This document shows, in pieces, positions 1 through 8,851 of a stretch of 40,745 nt of DNA. The notes under the pieces are model-generated. The model worked only from the letters and a program-made list of their open reading frames with translations. It had not been told where the DNA came from and did no database searches. Source of the stretch: Thermoproteus sp. (lineage in GTDB: Archaea > Thermoproteota > Thermoprotei > Thermoproteales > Thermoproteaceae); assembly GCA_049976425.1 (NCBI GenBank), contig JBMFIG010000012.1:1-40745 (forward strand). The letters are read 5' to 3'. The translations under genes were made by a program, and so were the position numbers. The number at the start of each line of letters is the position of its first letter. Position 1 is the first letter of the stretch.

Positions 1-114
1 AGACGGGTACACCGGAGGTGGGTGCAGGAGAAGGGATGGACTATGAGAGACGCCGCATACGTAATAGCCGTAGAGAGGATATACAAGGCAATGAAGGCGA
101 GGGGGTGGATATAG
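1..114 (+). CDS. gdhA: Glutamate dehydrogenase (Glu/Leu/Phe/Val dehydrogenase family), 3' end only, truncated by the window edge
   Basis: My frame-1 translation reads ...[27 protein letters not shown], matching the characteristic GDH C-terminus (MRxAAYxxAVxR...MKxRGW). Confidence 0.85.
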   Translation, partial: RRVHRRWVQEKGWTMRDAAYVIAVERIYKAMKARGWI

Positions 115-115
115 G

Positions 116-1021
116 CTAGATATAGTCCTCCCTCTTCGCTATATTCCTCGGCCTCTCGCCCCGGGCCCAGCGTAGTAGATTCTCGACGGCCTCCTCCATC
201 ATGCGGCGCCAGACCTGCTCGTTGCCGTAGCCGCCGGCTATCCACGGCGTCGCCACCACGTTGGGCTTGGAGATTATGTCGGCGTCCTTCGCGAAGTCGT
301 TCCTCGCCCACCAGACGTCCGACGCGAATACGAAGCCGGGCCTCTCGCGCAGTATCCTCTCCACGGCCTCCCTCTCCACGACCTCGGCCCTCCCCACGTT
401 GACGAAGACCCCCTCGGGATCCATGGCGGCCAGGTGCTCGTACTTCACAAGGCCCCTCGTGTGTTTGGTCAACGGGAGGGCCGAGATCGCTATCCTCGCG
501 CCCGACATGGCCTCGAGGAGGTCCGCGGTGAAGGTCCACGGCCCCTCCTTTCTAGTCCGCGAGAAGCCGTATACGCGGGCCCCCAGCGCGGCGAGCATCC
601 CGGCCGCCCTCGTCCCGATCTCGCCGAGGCCCAACACGGCGGCTTTGGAGCCGGCCACAAGGGGTATCCCCACGTCCCTCTTGTAGTCCCCCCTCTTCAT
701 CTTCTCGTTGTAGTGGAGGACCCGCTTATATGCGGCTAGGGCCATAGCCACTGCGAACTCGGCCACCGCATCGGCGTTCGAGCCCGCGTTGCCGGCCACG
801 ACCACGTGCGGAGGTATGGCCTCCCAGGGGAGGTGGTCCAGCCCGGCCGTCACGACCTGTATAAACCTCAGCCTCGGCATAGACCTCAACTCCTCGGCGG
901 TAATCCTGAAACACAAGGCGGCCTCTGCCTCGGCGATCCGGTCCCTCCCCACAACCTCCACGGCCTTCGACAGCCGTTCGGCCAGATCGGGGGGCAGATC
1001 CACCGACACGTACACCTTCAT
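116..1021 (-). CDS. D-isomer-specific 2-hydroxyacid dehydrogenase (NAD-binding)
   Basis: Motifs TAGLDHL, NADAVAE, GLGEIG (Rossmann), LPLT, VNVGR, DVWW, TPWIAG. Start reassigned to ATG 1021 (MKVYVSV), about 25 bp after a TTAAAT box; the longer ORF to 1366 overlaps the next gene. Confidence 0.9.
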   Translation of the reverse strand: MKVYVSVDLPPDLAERLSKAVEVVGRDRIAEAEAALCFRITAEELRSMPRLRFIQVVTAGLDHLPWEAIPPHVVVAGNAGSNADAVAEFAVAMALAAYKRVLHYNEKMKRGDYKRDVGIPLVAGSKAAVLGLGEIGTRAAGMLAALGARVYGFSRTRKEGPWTFTADLLEAMSGARIAISALPLTKHTRGLVKYEHLAAMDPEGVFVNVGRAEVVEREAVERILRERPGFVFASDVWWARNDFAKDADIISKPNVVATPWIAGGYGNEQVWRRMMEEAVENLLRWARGERPRNIAKREDYI

Positions 1022-1150
1022 GGACCCCTCCGCCGACCTGCATTTAAGCATATCTCCGACCGCCCAAGCCGCCGGCGCGTCAGCCCGATCTCCGGAGAGT
1101 TGAGGCAGAAGGCCGCCGGTGTTGATATAAAATGACGTCCACCAATTCGC

Positions 1151-2149
1151 GTGAGGCGTATCAGGCTTAGGCTGGCCGGATTTGCGGTCGACTTCGCCGA
1201 CCGCGAGGCCGCGCTGAGGCGCGTAGAGGAGTGGGCCGACAGAGGCACGGCTCTTCCCCATGTGGTGTACGGACCTGAGGGCTGTGGGAAGACCGCCTGG
1301 CTTAAACAGTCTGCGGAGCTTCTTAGGGAGCTGGGCTTCGAGGTGGTTTACGTCGACCCTCTCCATCTCCAGTTCGCGGCGTATACGGACATGGGGGATT
1401 TCGTGGAGAGGCTCGCCGAAGCCGCCGCGGAGGCTTTCGGGATAGCCCAGCTGAAGCTCGCTACGCTCGCCGTAGAATTCGCCAAGGAGGCCGTCAAGAG
1501 GAGGAAGAGGAAGGTCGCCGTCCTGGTCGACGACGTCTTCTCGGCGATCGGCCTAGATAAAGCCGCGATATATGTCAAGAGCATGTTGGGCCTTATCGAG
1601 CACCCGCCCGGCGAGTACGAGAAAGTGGTGGCCGTCGCGGCCGCGAGCGAGGGGACGAGCCTGCGCGAGATAGGCAGACATTCGTGGGCCGCCACAGACC
1701 TCATGTGGAACATGTCGATGGACGGCTTCAGACAGCTGTACGACCAGCTGCCGGGCGGCAAGCCGCCGCTGGAGGAGGCCTTCAGGCTGACGGGCGGAAA
1801 CCCGCGGATTCTCGAGAGGCTCTACGAAGCCAGTTGGGACGTCGACAAGGTCGCCGCCGATATGGCTAGGGAAAAAGGGCTCTCGCGCGGCTTCGTCGAG
1901 AGGTGGCGAGACCGCCTCGAGGAAGCCGTCGACGACCCCGACAGCCTATGGCACGACGCGCCGGAGGAGCTCGTCGACGAGCTGGTCGAGAGGAACCTAA
2001 TAGTGTACTTCCTCCCGGACAGAGACCGGGATCACTGGGTCGACGCGCCTCCGCCGGAGAGGGATCCCGAGCTGGGGATAGGGAGGTACGTGGCGTGGCA
2101 GACGCCGCTCCACAGGGAAGCCGTCAGGAGGGCTTTGGGCGCGGGCTAG
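1151..2149 (+). CDS. Archaeal P-loop ATPase (ATPase_2-like, Thermoproteales multicopy family)
   Basis: FADRE, Walker A GPEGCGKT, Walker B VLVDD, TGGNPR sensor, C-terminal WQTPLHREAV; upstream GATATAAA box. Confidence 0.85.
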   Translation: MRRIRLRLAGFAVDFADREAALRRVEEWADRGTALPHVVYGPEGCGKTAWLKQSAELLRELGFEVVYVDPLHLQFAAYTDMGDFVERLAEAAAEAFGIAQLKLATLAVEFAKEAVKRRKRKVAVLVDDVFSAIGLDKAAIYVKSMLGLIEHPPGEYEKVVAVAAASEGTSLREIGRHSWAATDLMWNMSMDGFRQLYDQLPGGKPPLEEAFRLTGGNPRILERLYEASWDVDKVAADMAREKGLSRGFVERWRDRLEEAVDDPDSLWHDAPEELVDELVERNLIVYFLPDRDRDHWVDAPPPERDPELGIGRYVAWQTPLHREAVRRALGAG

Positions 2150-2152
2150 GCG

Positions 2153-3766
2153 TCAAGCCCTCGGCGTCAGCCTGGCCCCGACCCCGCCGTGTTGCGTCCA
2201 GCGCTCCCCGACCTTGACGAGCAGAGGTAGCGAGACGGAGACGCCGGTGACCAGCGCCGCCTCCTCGTCGAGCCCTCTGAGCTGGTAGGGGTCGTCGAGG
2301 TGCTCGGCGACGGCGGCCACGTACTTCAGATCCACGGGGTTTATTATCCTCTTGAATATCTGGGTCATGCACTGGGAGAGGGCGTCGGGGTCGAGCTTGG
2401 TGGGCCTCTGCGAGATGAGGCACAGCCCCAGCCCGAACTTCCTCCCCTCCCTCGCTATCTTGACCGCGTAGGGCTTGCTGACGGGGGACTCCCTCGCCGG
2501 CACGAAGTTGTGGGCCTCCTCCACCACCACGAGCGTCGGGATGTTGGCCCTCCTCAAGGCGGCTTTGTACATGCCGTCGAGCGCCACGGCGACGAATATC
2601 CGCTGGTCGAAGAGGTCGAGGCCCGAGAGGTCCAGCACCTTTATCCCTCTGCTCGTTAAAAGCCTGGCCGGCTCGAACAGCCTCACAGGCTCGCCGTTGA
2701 AGGTCTCGCCGTAGCGCTCCAGGAAGATCGGGCTCCCCTTGAAGAGGGCCCTCAGCCTCCCGGCGAGGCCGCCCAGCGCCATCTCGCCCGCGTATCCCCC
2801 CGGGGCCGCCGCCTTGCCGCCCTCCAGCACCTCCTCGATTAGTTGCTCCAGATCGGTCAGCGGTTGCCTGTCGCCGTAGGCCGTGGCGGCCTGCCAACCC
2901 TCCTCCAATATCCTCCGCTGGGCGTCCGTGAGGCCGTAGGTGCCCTCCAGTATCCGCTCCAGGACCCTCAGGGGGAGGGATCGGGGATTCAGCGCGACCC
3001 GCTCGTAGCGTCTGGCGACGCCGAACCTAGCCTCGAAGGCCTTGTCCTGCGCCGACACGTCGACTTTCCCCACGACGTAGACGTCGACGAGGTCGGCCAC
3101 CGACTTGCCGGCCTCGGACCTCGCCACCTGCATGGCCGAGTACTCGCCGTGGGGGTCGAAGACGACGACAGAGACCTCCGCGGCGTCGACGAGGCGCTCT
3201 ATTATGACGCCGGCCAGCCAAGACTTGCCCGCCCCGGTGCTGGCGAGTATTGCGCAGTGTTGCGTCACGAGCCTCGTCGCGTCGACCGAGGCCGGGATGT
3301 CGTAGCCCCAGACCGTCCCCAGCTCGATGTACGGCCCCTCGCCCCGCGGCGCCAGGAACTCGGCGACGAGCTCCGGCGGGGCTCTATAGACGTAGTCCAG
3401 AGGCCTCAGAGGCTTGGAGGGCCTCCTCAGCCTCCCGCCCCTCAGAGCCCCCACGACGACCGCCTTGGCCTCTGTGTAGTAGAGGAGCGACTCGGCGCCC
3501 AGATTCTCCTTTATGTACTTGACAGACTCGACGTCGTCCAGCTGGGCCACGAGCCGCGGGTCGACGACGGCGTTCCTCCTCCTAACCGCCACCACCTTGG
3601 CGAGAACCTGCTCGTCGGAGCCCGCGACGAGGAGAGAGCCGCCCTCGGCCTCGACGCCGATGAAGGTGCGGAATATGAAGTAGTTGGTCGACGGCACCCG
3701 CACGACGACGCCTATCGGGTCCACATAGCCGCGGCTACCCACACTTATTAGCGCTTTGGACAACAA
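2153..3766 (-). CDS. HerA/FtsK-superfamily ATPase (DUF87) with N-terminal HAS-barrel-like region
   Basis: HCAILASTGAGKS (Walker A), FDPHGEY, VVVEEAH (Walker B), REGRKFG arginine finger, ISQRP. Confidence 0.9.
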   Translation of the reverse strand: MLSKALISVGSRGYVDPIGVVVRVPSTNYFIFRTFIGVEAEGGSLLVAGSDEQVLAKVVAVRRRNAVVDPRLVAQLDDVESVKYIKENLGAESLLYYTEAKAVVVGALRGGRLRRPSKPLRPLDYVYRAPPELVAEFLAPRGEGPYIELGTVWGYDIPASVDATRLVTQHCAILASTGAGKSWLAGVIIERLVDAAEVSVVVFDPHGEYSAMQVARSEAGKSVADLVDVYVVGKVDVSAQDKAFEARFGVARRYERVALNPRSLPLRVLERILEGTYGLTDAQRRILEEGWQAATAYGDRQPLTDLEQLIEEVLEGGKAAAPGGYAGEMALGGLAGRLRALFKGSPIFLERYGETFNGEPVRLFEPARLLTSRGIKVLDLSGLDLFDQRIFVAVALDGMYKAALRRANIPTLVVVEEAHNFVPARESPVSKPYAVKIAREGRKFGLGLCLISQRPTKLDPDALSQCMTQIFKRIINPVDLKYVAAVAEHLDDPYQLRGLDEEAALVTGVSVSLPLLVKVGERWTQHGGVGARLTPRA

Positions 3767-3785
3767 AGACGGCGGGGCTTGACGG

Positions 3786-4433
3786 TTATTTGAGCCTCTG
3801 CAGTACGTCGACTATGGCCCGCTCGTGCGCCAGCCTCGTCTCGTTATACAGGCGCTCGATGTACTGCCCGACGTGCTCGGACACAGGCAGTTTTATCGGC
3901 TTGTGCAGATCCACGGCACGCGTTGTCACGACCACCAGCAAGGTCTTGTTGTCCGCCAAGAACACGGTGCTCGAGATGGCGTACGCGCTGTATATCACCG
4001 AGAGGCTATCCTCCGTACTGCTGGAGACTCTGATACTGTTCATATCGAAGAGGACGTACACGTCGCGGTACTTGGACAGAGGCGTCTTCATGTAGAGCCA
4101 CCTCGCCTCCGATACGGGCACGGCGAACTGCCTCCAAGAACCGCCCGAGGCGTACGGCGTGAAGGGTATGCCGTTCACCGTGTAGTTGATCCACATGCCG
4201 CTACCATTGAGGACGAGCCTCACCACTGTGACGTTGCCGTTGGAGCAAGGCCCGGCGAGAGCCAGCACGGAGCCGTTGCCGGCGAGCGGGCACGTCAGGA
4301 CGAACGTGGCGTTGCCCACGGGCGGGCGCCATATAGGCGCATTCCGTGATATGGCCGTAACCGACAACGCGGCCACAACAGCTATAGATAATATAATGGT
4401 AACAACTATATATGTATATTTTTTCTGGATCAT
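3786..4433 (-). CDS. Hypothetical N-terminally membrane-anchored or secreted protein
   Basis: Basic N-terminus followed by a hydrophobic helix (KKYTYIVVTIILSIAVVAALSV); several N-x-S/T sequons; beta-rich remainder. Confidence 0.7.
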   Translation of the reverse strand: MIQKKYTYIVVTIILSIAVVAALSVTAISRNAPIWRPPVGNATFVLTCPLAGNGSVLALAGPCSNGNVTVVRLVLNGSGMWINYTVNGIPFTPYASGGSWRQFAVPVSEARWLYMKTPLSKYRDVYVLFDMNSIRVSSSTEDSLSVIYSAYAISSTVFLADNKTLLVVVTTRAVDLHKPIKLPVSEHVGQYIERLYNETRLAHERAIVDVLQRLK

Positions 4434-4639
4434 ATATTATAACGATATATTGTTGTGGGCATTAATGCCGGAATTCCATAACTCCAAGCCAAAGCGCTAG
4501 CGGCGTCCGAACTCCGGCCAGAGCTATCAACCGCACCCACCCAGCGTGCGCGGTCGCGACTGGCCGTAGTCGGCATAGCCTCCGCGGGCCCTACAGCCGA
4601 TACTACAGCCATTGGAATCACTACGGATTTCGGATTCAC
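4430..4639 (-). CDS. Small hypothetical protein or decayed secreted-protein gene
   Basis: Signal-peptide-like start (MNPKSVVIPMAVVSAVG); its stop overlaps the next start (ATGA overlap at 4430-4433). Confidence 0.3.
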   Translation of the reverse strand: MNPKSVVIPMAVVSAVGPAEAMPTTASRDRARWVGAVDSSGRSSDAASALAWSYGIPALMPTTIYRYNI

Positions 4640-4753
4640 GGTTGTATTTTACTCGCCTTCTTTATCCTTAATTCCCTTTATGTTGAAATTAATATGCCCC
4701 TATCGATCAACGCACTAGGCCCATCTACGGCGCGCCGTACGGCGGGGATCCGG

Positions 4754-5143
4754 CTACCTCACTATGACGCTCCTCACCGGGATCCTCTCCCAGTCTCTGT
4801 CCCTGGTCAAGACAGTTGCGTTGAGCCTCAGCGCCGTCGCCGAGATCAGAGCGTCGCCTGGATTGACCTGCCTTTCGACGATCCACCGGGCGGCTAGCCT
4901 GACGTCGTCTATATCTATCTTGTCGACCAGCTGAAGTCCTAGAGACGTCAGCAAGTCGGGGAGGAGCTCTATGAGCTTGAGGTAGCCCCGCCTCCGGGGG
5001 CCCTCCGCGGCCTCCGCCGACCTCCGGGCCCAGGTCAGGTACTCGAGGACCGCGACGGCTGTCACGTACCTCTCCCTGCACTGGAGGACCGCGTCTAGCT
5101 TCTTCGAGATCAATATCGATGTGTCGACGACGCACCTCTCCAT
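4754..5143 (-). CDS. vapC: PIN-domain VapC toxin
   Basis: PIN acidic motifs VVDTSIL, VLEY, GDALIxA, LTRDRDW; overlaps the upstream antitoxin. Confidence 0.9.
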   Translation of the reverse strand: MERCVVDTSILISKKLDAVLQCRERYVTAVAVLEYLTWARRSAEAAEGPRRRGYLKLIELLPDLLTSLGLQLVDKIDIDDVRLAARWIVERQVNPGDALISATALRLNATVLTRDRDWERIPVRSVIVR

Positions 5144-5385
5144 ATGTCCTCCTCCGCTACCTTCTCGACCTCCTCGGGCGTCGGCTCGCCGAGGAAGTCC
5201 AGAAGCCTATAGTACGTTTCGAGGACGGCATCAAGCCCGCGGCGCCTCACCAGCTCGGCCTCCTCCTTGCTTGGGGTGACGTAGTAGCCGTTTCCCACCC
5301 TCACGACGTACACCTCCGTCCCGGCGTATTCCCTCCCGATGACGACCCTGCCCTTCGAGTCGACCCTCCTCAACATGTCCCACAT
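5110..5385 (-). CDS. vapB: AbrB/MazE-type VapB antitoxin
   Basis: RVDSKGRVVIG swapped-hairpin motif, acidic C-terminus, directly upstream of the PIN gene. Confidence 0.85.
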   Translation of the reverse strand: MWDMLRRVDSKGRVVIGREYAGTEVYVVRVGNGYYVTPSKEEAELVRRRGLDAVLETYYRLLDFLGEPTPEEVEKVAEEDIWRGASSTHRY

Positions 5386-5412
5386 CTAGTTCCCACTTTA
5401 TAACCCTTGCGG

Positions 5413-6339
5413 CTATAGGAGGCGGGCTATGTTCTGTGGGGTGAACCCCTCGAGCTCGTGTAGGTTTATGACGGGGGTCCTCATCCTGTCCTGGTCGTCG
5501 AACCCTATCCGGGGACAGGCAGTGTTGATTATCAGATCGGCGCCTAGATCGTCCAGGAGCTCCGGCGACGCCTCGTCGACCTCAACCACCACGCCGCCGA
5601 CCTCCTCCGCCACCCTCTCGGCCTCCTCCCTCTGCATCTGGCCCGGCTTCCTCGAGACGACGACCACGACCCTCTCCCTGCTCGACATGTAGGCTCTGCC
5701 CTTGAGCCCCATAAGCCTCCTGAACTCGCCCTCCACGGGGAAGGCCTTGCCCTTGAAGGGGTCGTAGCCCCAGACCTCGGCGTCTGGGTAGAAGAGCTTG
5801 ACGGCTAGGGGGTAGAAGTAGCCGGACGCCACGACGACGGCGGAGGCCCCCGGCGGCTCGCCGACCCAGCAGCCGGTTATGGGCTCTCTAGCCGCCTCCA
5901 TGGAGTACTGCAGAGCCAGCTCCTCGGCTATCAGCCGGTAGGGCACGGGGAAGTAGAGCTTGCCGAGCGGGGGCCGGGGGAGGTTGGGGGGAGGGACGTA
6001 GTAGACGGGGACGAAGTAGACCTCGACTCTGTCCGTCTTGAGGAGGTAGGTGTCGACGTCTATCTTCTCAAGAGAGCCGCCCGTGTTCTTCTTGAGGAGG
6101 TAGCCCACGTTGGGGGGAACTCCGTGGCCTAGGTGGACCACCCTCCTGGCTCTCATGTACTCGGCGTCGGCCAAACCCACGTCGCAACTGCCCCAGACCG
6201 GCCTCCCCGACACCTTGGCGCCGGTTCTCCTGGCCAGCTCCACGGCGGCCCACTTGAAGCCGGGCGGCGACTCTATCAGCGCGTCCGGCCCCAAGAAGGA
6301 CAACACCTCGTCGGGCACTATGAGGTTCCCCAGCTCCAC
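5413..6339 (-). CDS. dph2: Diphthamide biosynthesis protein Dph2
   Basis: Three Fe-S ligand cysteine motifs (WGSCD, TGC, TACPRI), plus VHLGH and KPGQ. Confidence 0.88.
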   Translation of the reverse strand: MELGNLIVPDEVLSFLGPDALIESPPGFKWAAVELARRTGAKVSGRPVWGSCDVGLADAEYMRARRVVHLGHGVPPNVGYLLKKNTGGSLEKIDVDTYLLKTDRVEVYFVPVYYVPPPNLPRPPLGKLYFPVPYRLIAEELALQYSMEAAREPITGCWVGEPPGASAVVVASGYFYPLAVKLFYPDAEVWGYDPFKGKAFPVEGEFRRLMGLKGRAYMSSRERVVVVVSRKPGQMQREEAERVAEEVGGVVVEVDEASPELLDDLGADLIINTACPRIGFDDQDRMRTPVINLHELEGFTPQNIARLL

Positions 6340-6365
6340 GGAGATTCCCTATTCCCTATATAATA

Positions 6366-8174
6366 CTATTGTTTTCTATCTAGGCCCTCCTTCAGAGCCT
6401 TGACGAGCTCGCCGGCTATCTCGGCCTTCTTGTCCTCGAGGGATCTGTAGTACTTCTTGAACTCCTCCCTTATCGCCGCGACGACCTTGGAGGGGTCCAT
6501 GCGGCCAGCCGCTATCTCCTGCAACGCGGCCTCCATTTTGGACCTCACCTCTGGGTCGATTATGGGCCTCGCGTGTTTCATGAGGGCTGTGGCGAGCGAC
6601 ATGCCGAGAGGCGTCGGTATGCACTTGCCGCCGACTATCCTCATGTACCCCCTCAACACGTTGGTGTGTATGTGGTCCTGCATGGTGGCGTCGGTCCCTA
6701 TGCCGTACTTCCTCATGAGCCTGAGGAGCTCCGACTCGGTCATGCGTGGCGGTGGCTCGGTCAGCCTCCTCTCTATCTTGGCCGAGAGGAGCTCGGCCGG
6801 GTCGCCTCTCTTGACGTAGGGCAACGGCTCCTCTTCCTCCTCCTCGTAGGGATACACGGACCAGTACCCCTTGGAGATCACCTTCCTCCCCTCGGCCTCC
6901 AGCACCAGGGGCCCGAAGGCGGCGGCTATCCTCTGCCTCTCCACCACGGCCGGAGGGCTCAAGGTGGCCAGGAAGTGCCGAACGACGAGCTCGTATATCT
7001 TCCACCCCCTCGGCCCCAGCCTCGCCTCTATCTCGCCCCTCCCGGCGCCCTTCGTCGGGTGTATGGGCGGATGCGCCCCGTCGTCGCTACGGCCTCTCGT
7101 CGGCGTGAGGGGCCTCCTCAGCAGATCCTCCGCGTACTGCCCGAACGGCGTGCCTCTCAGCTCCTCCAATATGGCCTTCAGGTCGAGGGTGGGCGGGTAT
7201 ATGGTGGTCTCGGTGCGGGGGTACGAGATGTAGCCGAGCCGGTAGAGCTCCTCCGCTATGTCCAGCGCGGCCTTGGCCCTTATGTTCAGCCACCGGCTCG
7301 CCCTCCTCTCCAGCTCGACTGTCTCCAGCGGCACCGGCGGCCTCACCTCGGCCTTCTCGTACCTAGCCTCGGCGATCTTCCCCTCGGCCTTCCTCGCGGC
7401 GGCCAGCGCGGCCTCGGCCTCCTCCCTTCTCTTGAACGGCTTGGAGCGCATCTCCACCTCCCCGCCTCCCGTCCCCACGACGGCCCTCACGACGAAGTAC
7501 TCCTCGGGCTTGAAGTTGAGCCTCTCGAGCTCTCTGGAGACCACGAGGCCCAGGACAGGGGTCTGGCAAGGGCCGTAGCTGAGGAACTTGCCGAAGGGAA
7601 GCGCCGACGAGTCCTCTCTGCGGACGGAGAGCGTGAGGAGCCTGGTGAAGGCGGCGCCTATGGTCAAGTCGCTGGCCATCCTGGCGAACACCTTCTCCAC
7701 CACCTTGAGGTCCAGGTCGACGGGCTTGGCGAAGGCCCGCGTTATCTCGGCCTTGGTCACCGCGTTGAACCGCACTCGCTTGAACCGCGCCGCGGGGTTG
7801 ACGACCCTGACCTGCAGAACCACCTCGTAGGCGATGGCCTCGCCCTCCGAGTCCGCGTCCAGCGCTAGATAGACCACGTCCTGTCCTCTAGCCAGCGACC
7901 TCAAGGCGTAGAGGTACTTCAGAGTCTCGGGCCTCGGCGTGAGCACCACGGCCTCGTCGAAAAGCCGCGCTGGGTCGACAGCCCCCCACCTGTTCATCTC
8001 CTGGGGGAAGTCGAAGTCGAGTATGTGGCCGCTCAGCCCGAGGCTCACCGCGCTGGCCCCGTCGTATCTGAACCTGTAGGCGGAGACGCCCGATACCTTA
8101 AAGCTGGAGTAAGTCCCCCCGAGGTATTTGGCTATCGCCTGGGCCACAGACCTCTTCTCGGCAACGATGAGCAC
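6366..8174 (-). CDS. topA: Type IA DNA topoisomerase (Topo III-like, no C-terminal Zn ribbons)
   Basis: TOPRIM IVAEK...DADSEGE, SYGPCQTP, active site GYISYPRTE, AHPPIHP, GIGTDAT. Confidence 0.95.
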   Translation of the reverse strand: MLIVAEKRSVAQAIAKYLGGTYSSFKVSGVSAYRFRYDGASAVSLGLSGHILDFDFPQEMNRWGAVDPARLFDEAVVLTPRPETLKYLYALRSLARGQDVVYLALDADSEGEAIAYEVVLQVRVVNPAARFKRVRFNAVTKAEITRAFAKPVDLDLKVVEKVFARMASDLTIGAAFTRLLTLSVRREDSSALPFGKFLSYGPCQTPVLGLVVSRELERLNFKPEEYFVVRAVVGTGGGEVEMRSKPFKRREEAEAALAAARKAEGKIAEARYEKAEVRPPVPLETVELERRASRWLNIRAKAALDIAEELYRLGYISYPRTETTIYPPTLDLKAILEELRGTPFGQYAEDLLRRPLTPTRGRSDDGAHPPIHPTKGAGRGEIEARLGPRGWKIYELVVRHFLATLSPPAVVERQRIAAAFGPLVLEAEGRKVISKGYWSVYPYEEEEEEPLPYVKRGDPAELLSAKIERRLTEPPPRMTESELLRLMRKYGIGTDATMQDHIHTNVLRGYMRIVGGKCIPTPLGMSLATALMKHARPIIDPEVRSKMEAALQEIAAGRMDPSKVVAAIREEFKKYYRSLEDKKAEIAGELVKALKEGLDRKQ

Positions 8175-8323
8175 GTCCCGTCACCGCCCCGGCTATAAAA
8201 GCAGATCTGCTAAATCCCAGCCCGTCGGCGGTCTAGGCATCTCGACGAGCCGCAACCGCGATCTCCTCAAGGCGGCCGGCCCGTCATTCGTAACTTTTTT
8301 ATAGAAGGTAATACGTAGGGGGC

Positions 8324-8851
8324 ATGTCTAGCGAGGAGTCCGGAGGCGAGGAGAAGCCCTTGAGGAGGCCGCCTTTGCAGAGACCTCCGGCGCCACAACA
8401 GCCGCCGCCTCCGCAACCCGGAGCCCAGCCCCCGCCGCCGCAACCGCTACAGTCCCCTCCGCCTCTGCCGCCCCCTCCGCCGCCAGCGACCACGGGCCCC
8501 TACCCCTACCCGTACCCGTTGCCCAGGTCGACGCAGAGGGCCTACCCGCCTCCCCCGCCTCCGCCTCTGCCCCTCCAGCCGCCTACCCAACAGCCGCAAC
8601 AGCAACAGACGGCTCCGCCGCCTAGGAGGCCTGCCCAGCCTGCCGGCGGCCCGGCGGCGCCTCAGATGCTCCCCCTCGTCGGCGCCGTTGTCGGCGTGGT
8701 GGGCGCCGTGTTGGGCATAGTGTCGTTCCTCTTCTCGCTGGGCGACGTGGGGAGGGCGGTTGAGATGCTGTCCATATCGCTCGCGGCGACCGACGTCGTG
8801 TTGGCCATAGCCCTCTTCGCCATATGGAGGGCGTTTTTCAGAAAGAGGTAG
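8324..8851 (+). CDS. Proline/glutamine-rich protein with two C-terminal transmembrane helices
   Basis: Own TTTTTATA box about 25 bp upstream; acidic N-terminus, long polyproline tract, two hydrophobic helices, basic tail FFRKR. Confidence 0.75.
   Translation: MSSEESGGEEKPLRRPPLQRPPAPQQPPPPQPGAQPPPPQPLQSPPPLPPPPPPATTGPYPYPYPLPRSTQRAYPPPPPPPLPLQPPTQQPQQQQTAPPPRRPAQPAGGPAAPQMLPLVGAVVGVVGAVLGIVSFLFSLGDVGRAVEMLSISLAATDVVLAIALFAIWRAFFRKR

Noticed and set aside
6573-7868. 431-aa + strand ORF and similar long antisense ORFs (e.g. 2843-3751, 14609-15586)
   Set aside because: Shadow ORFs opposite well-supported genes, expected with high GC3, with no recognisable motifs.
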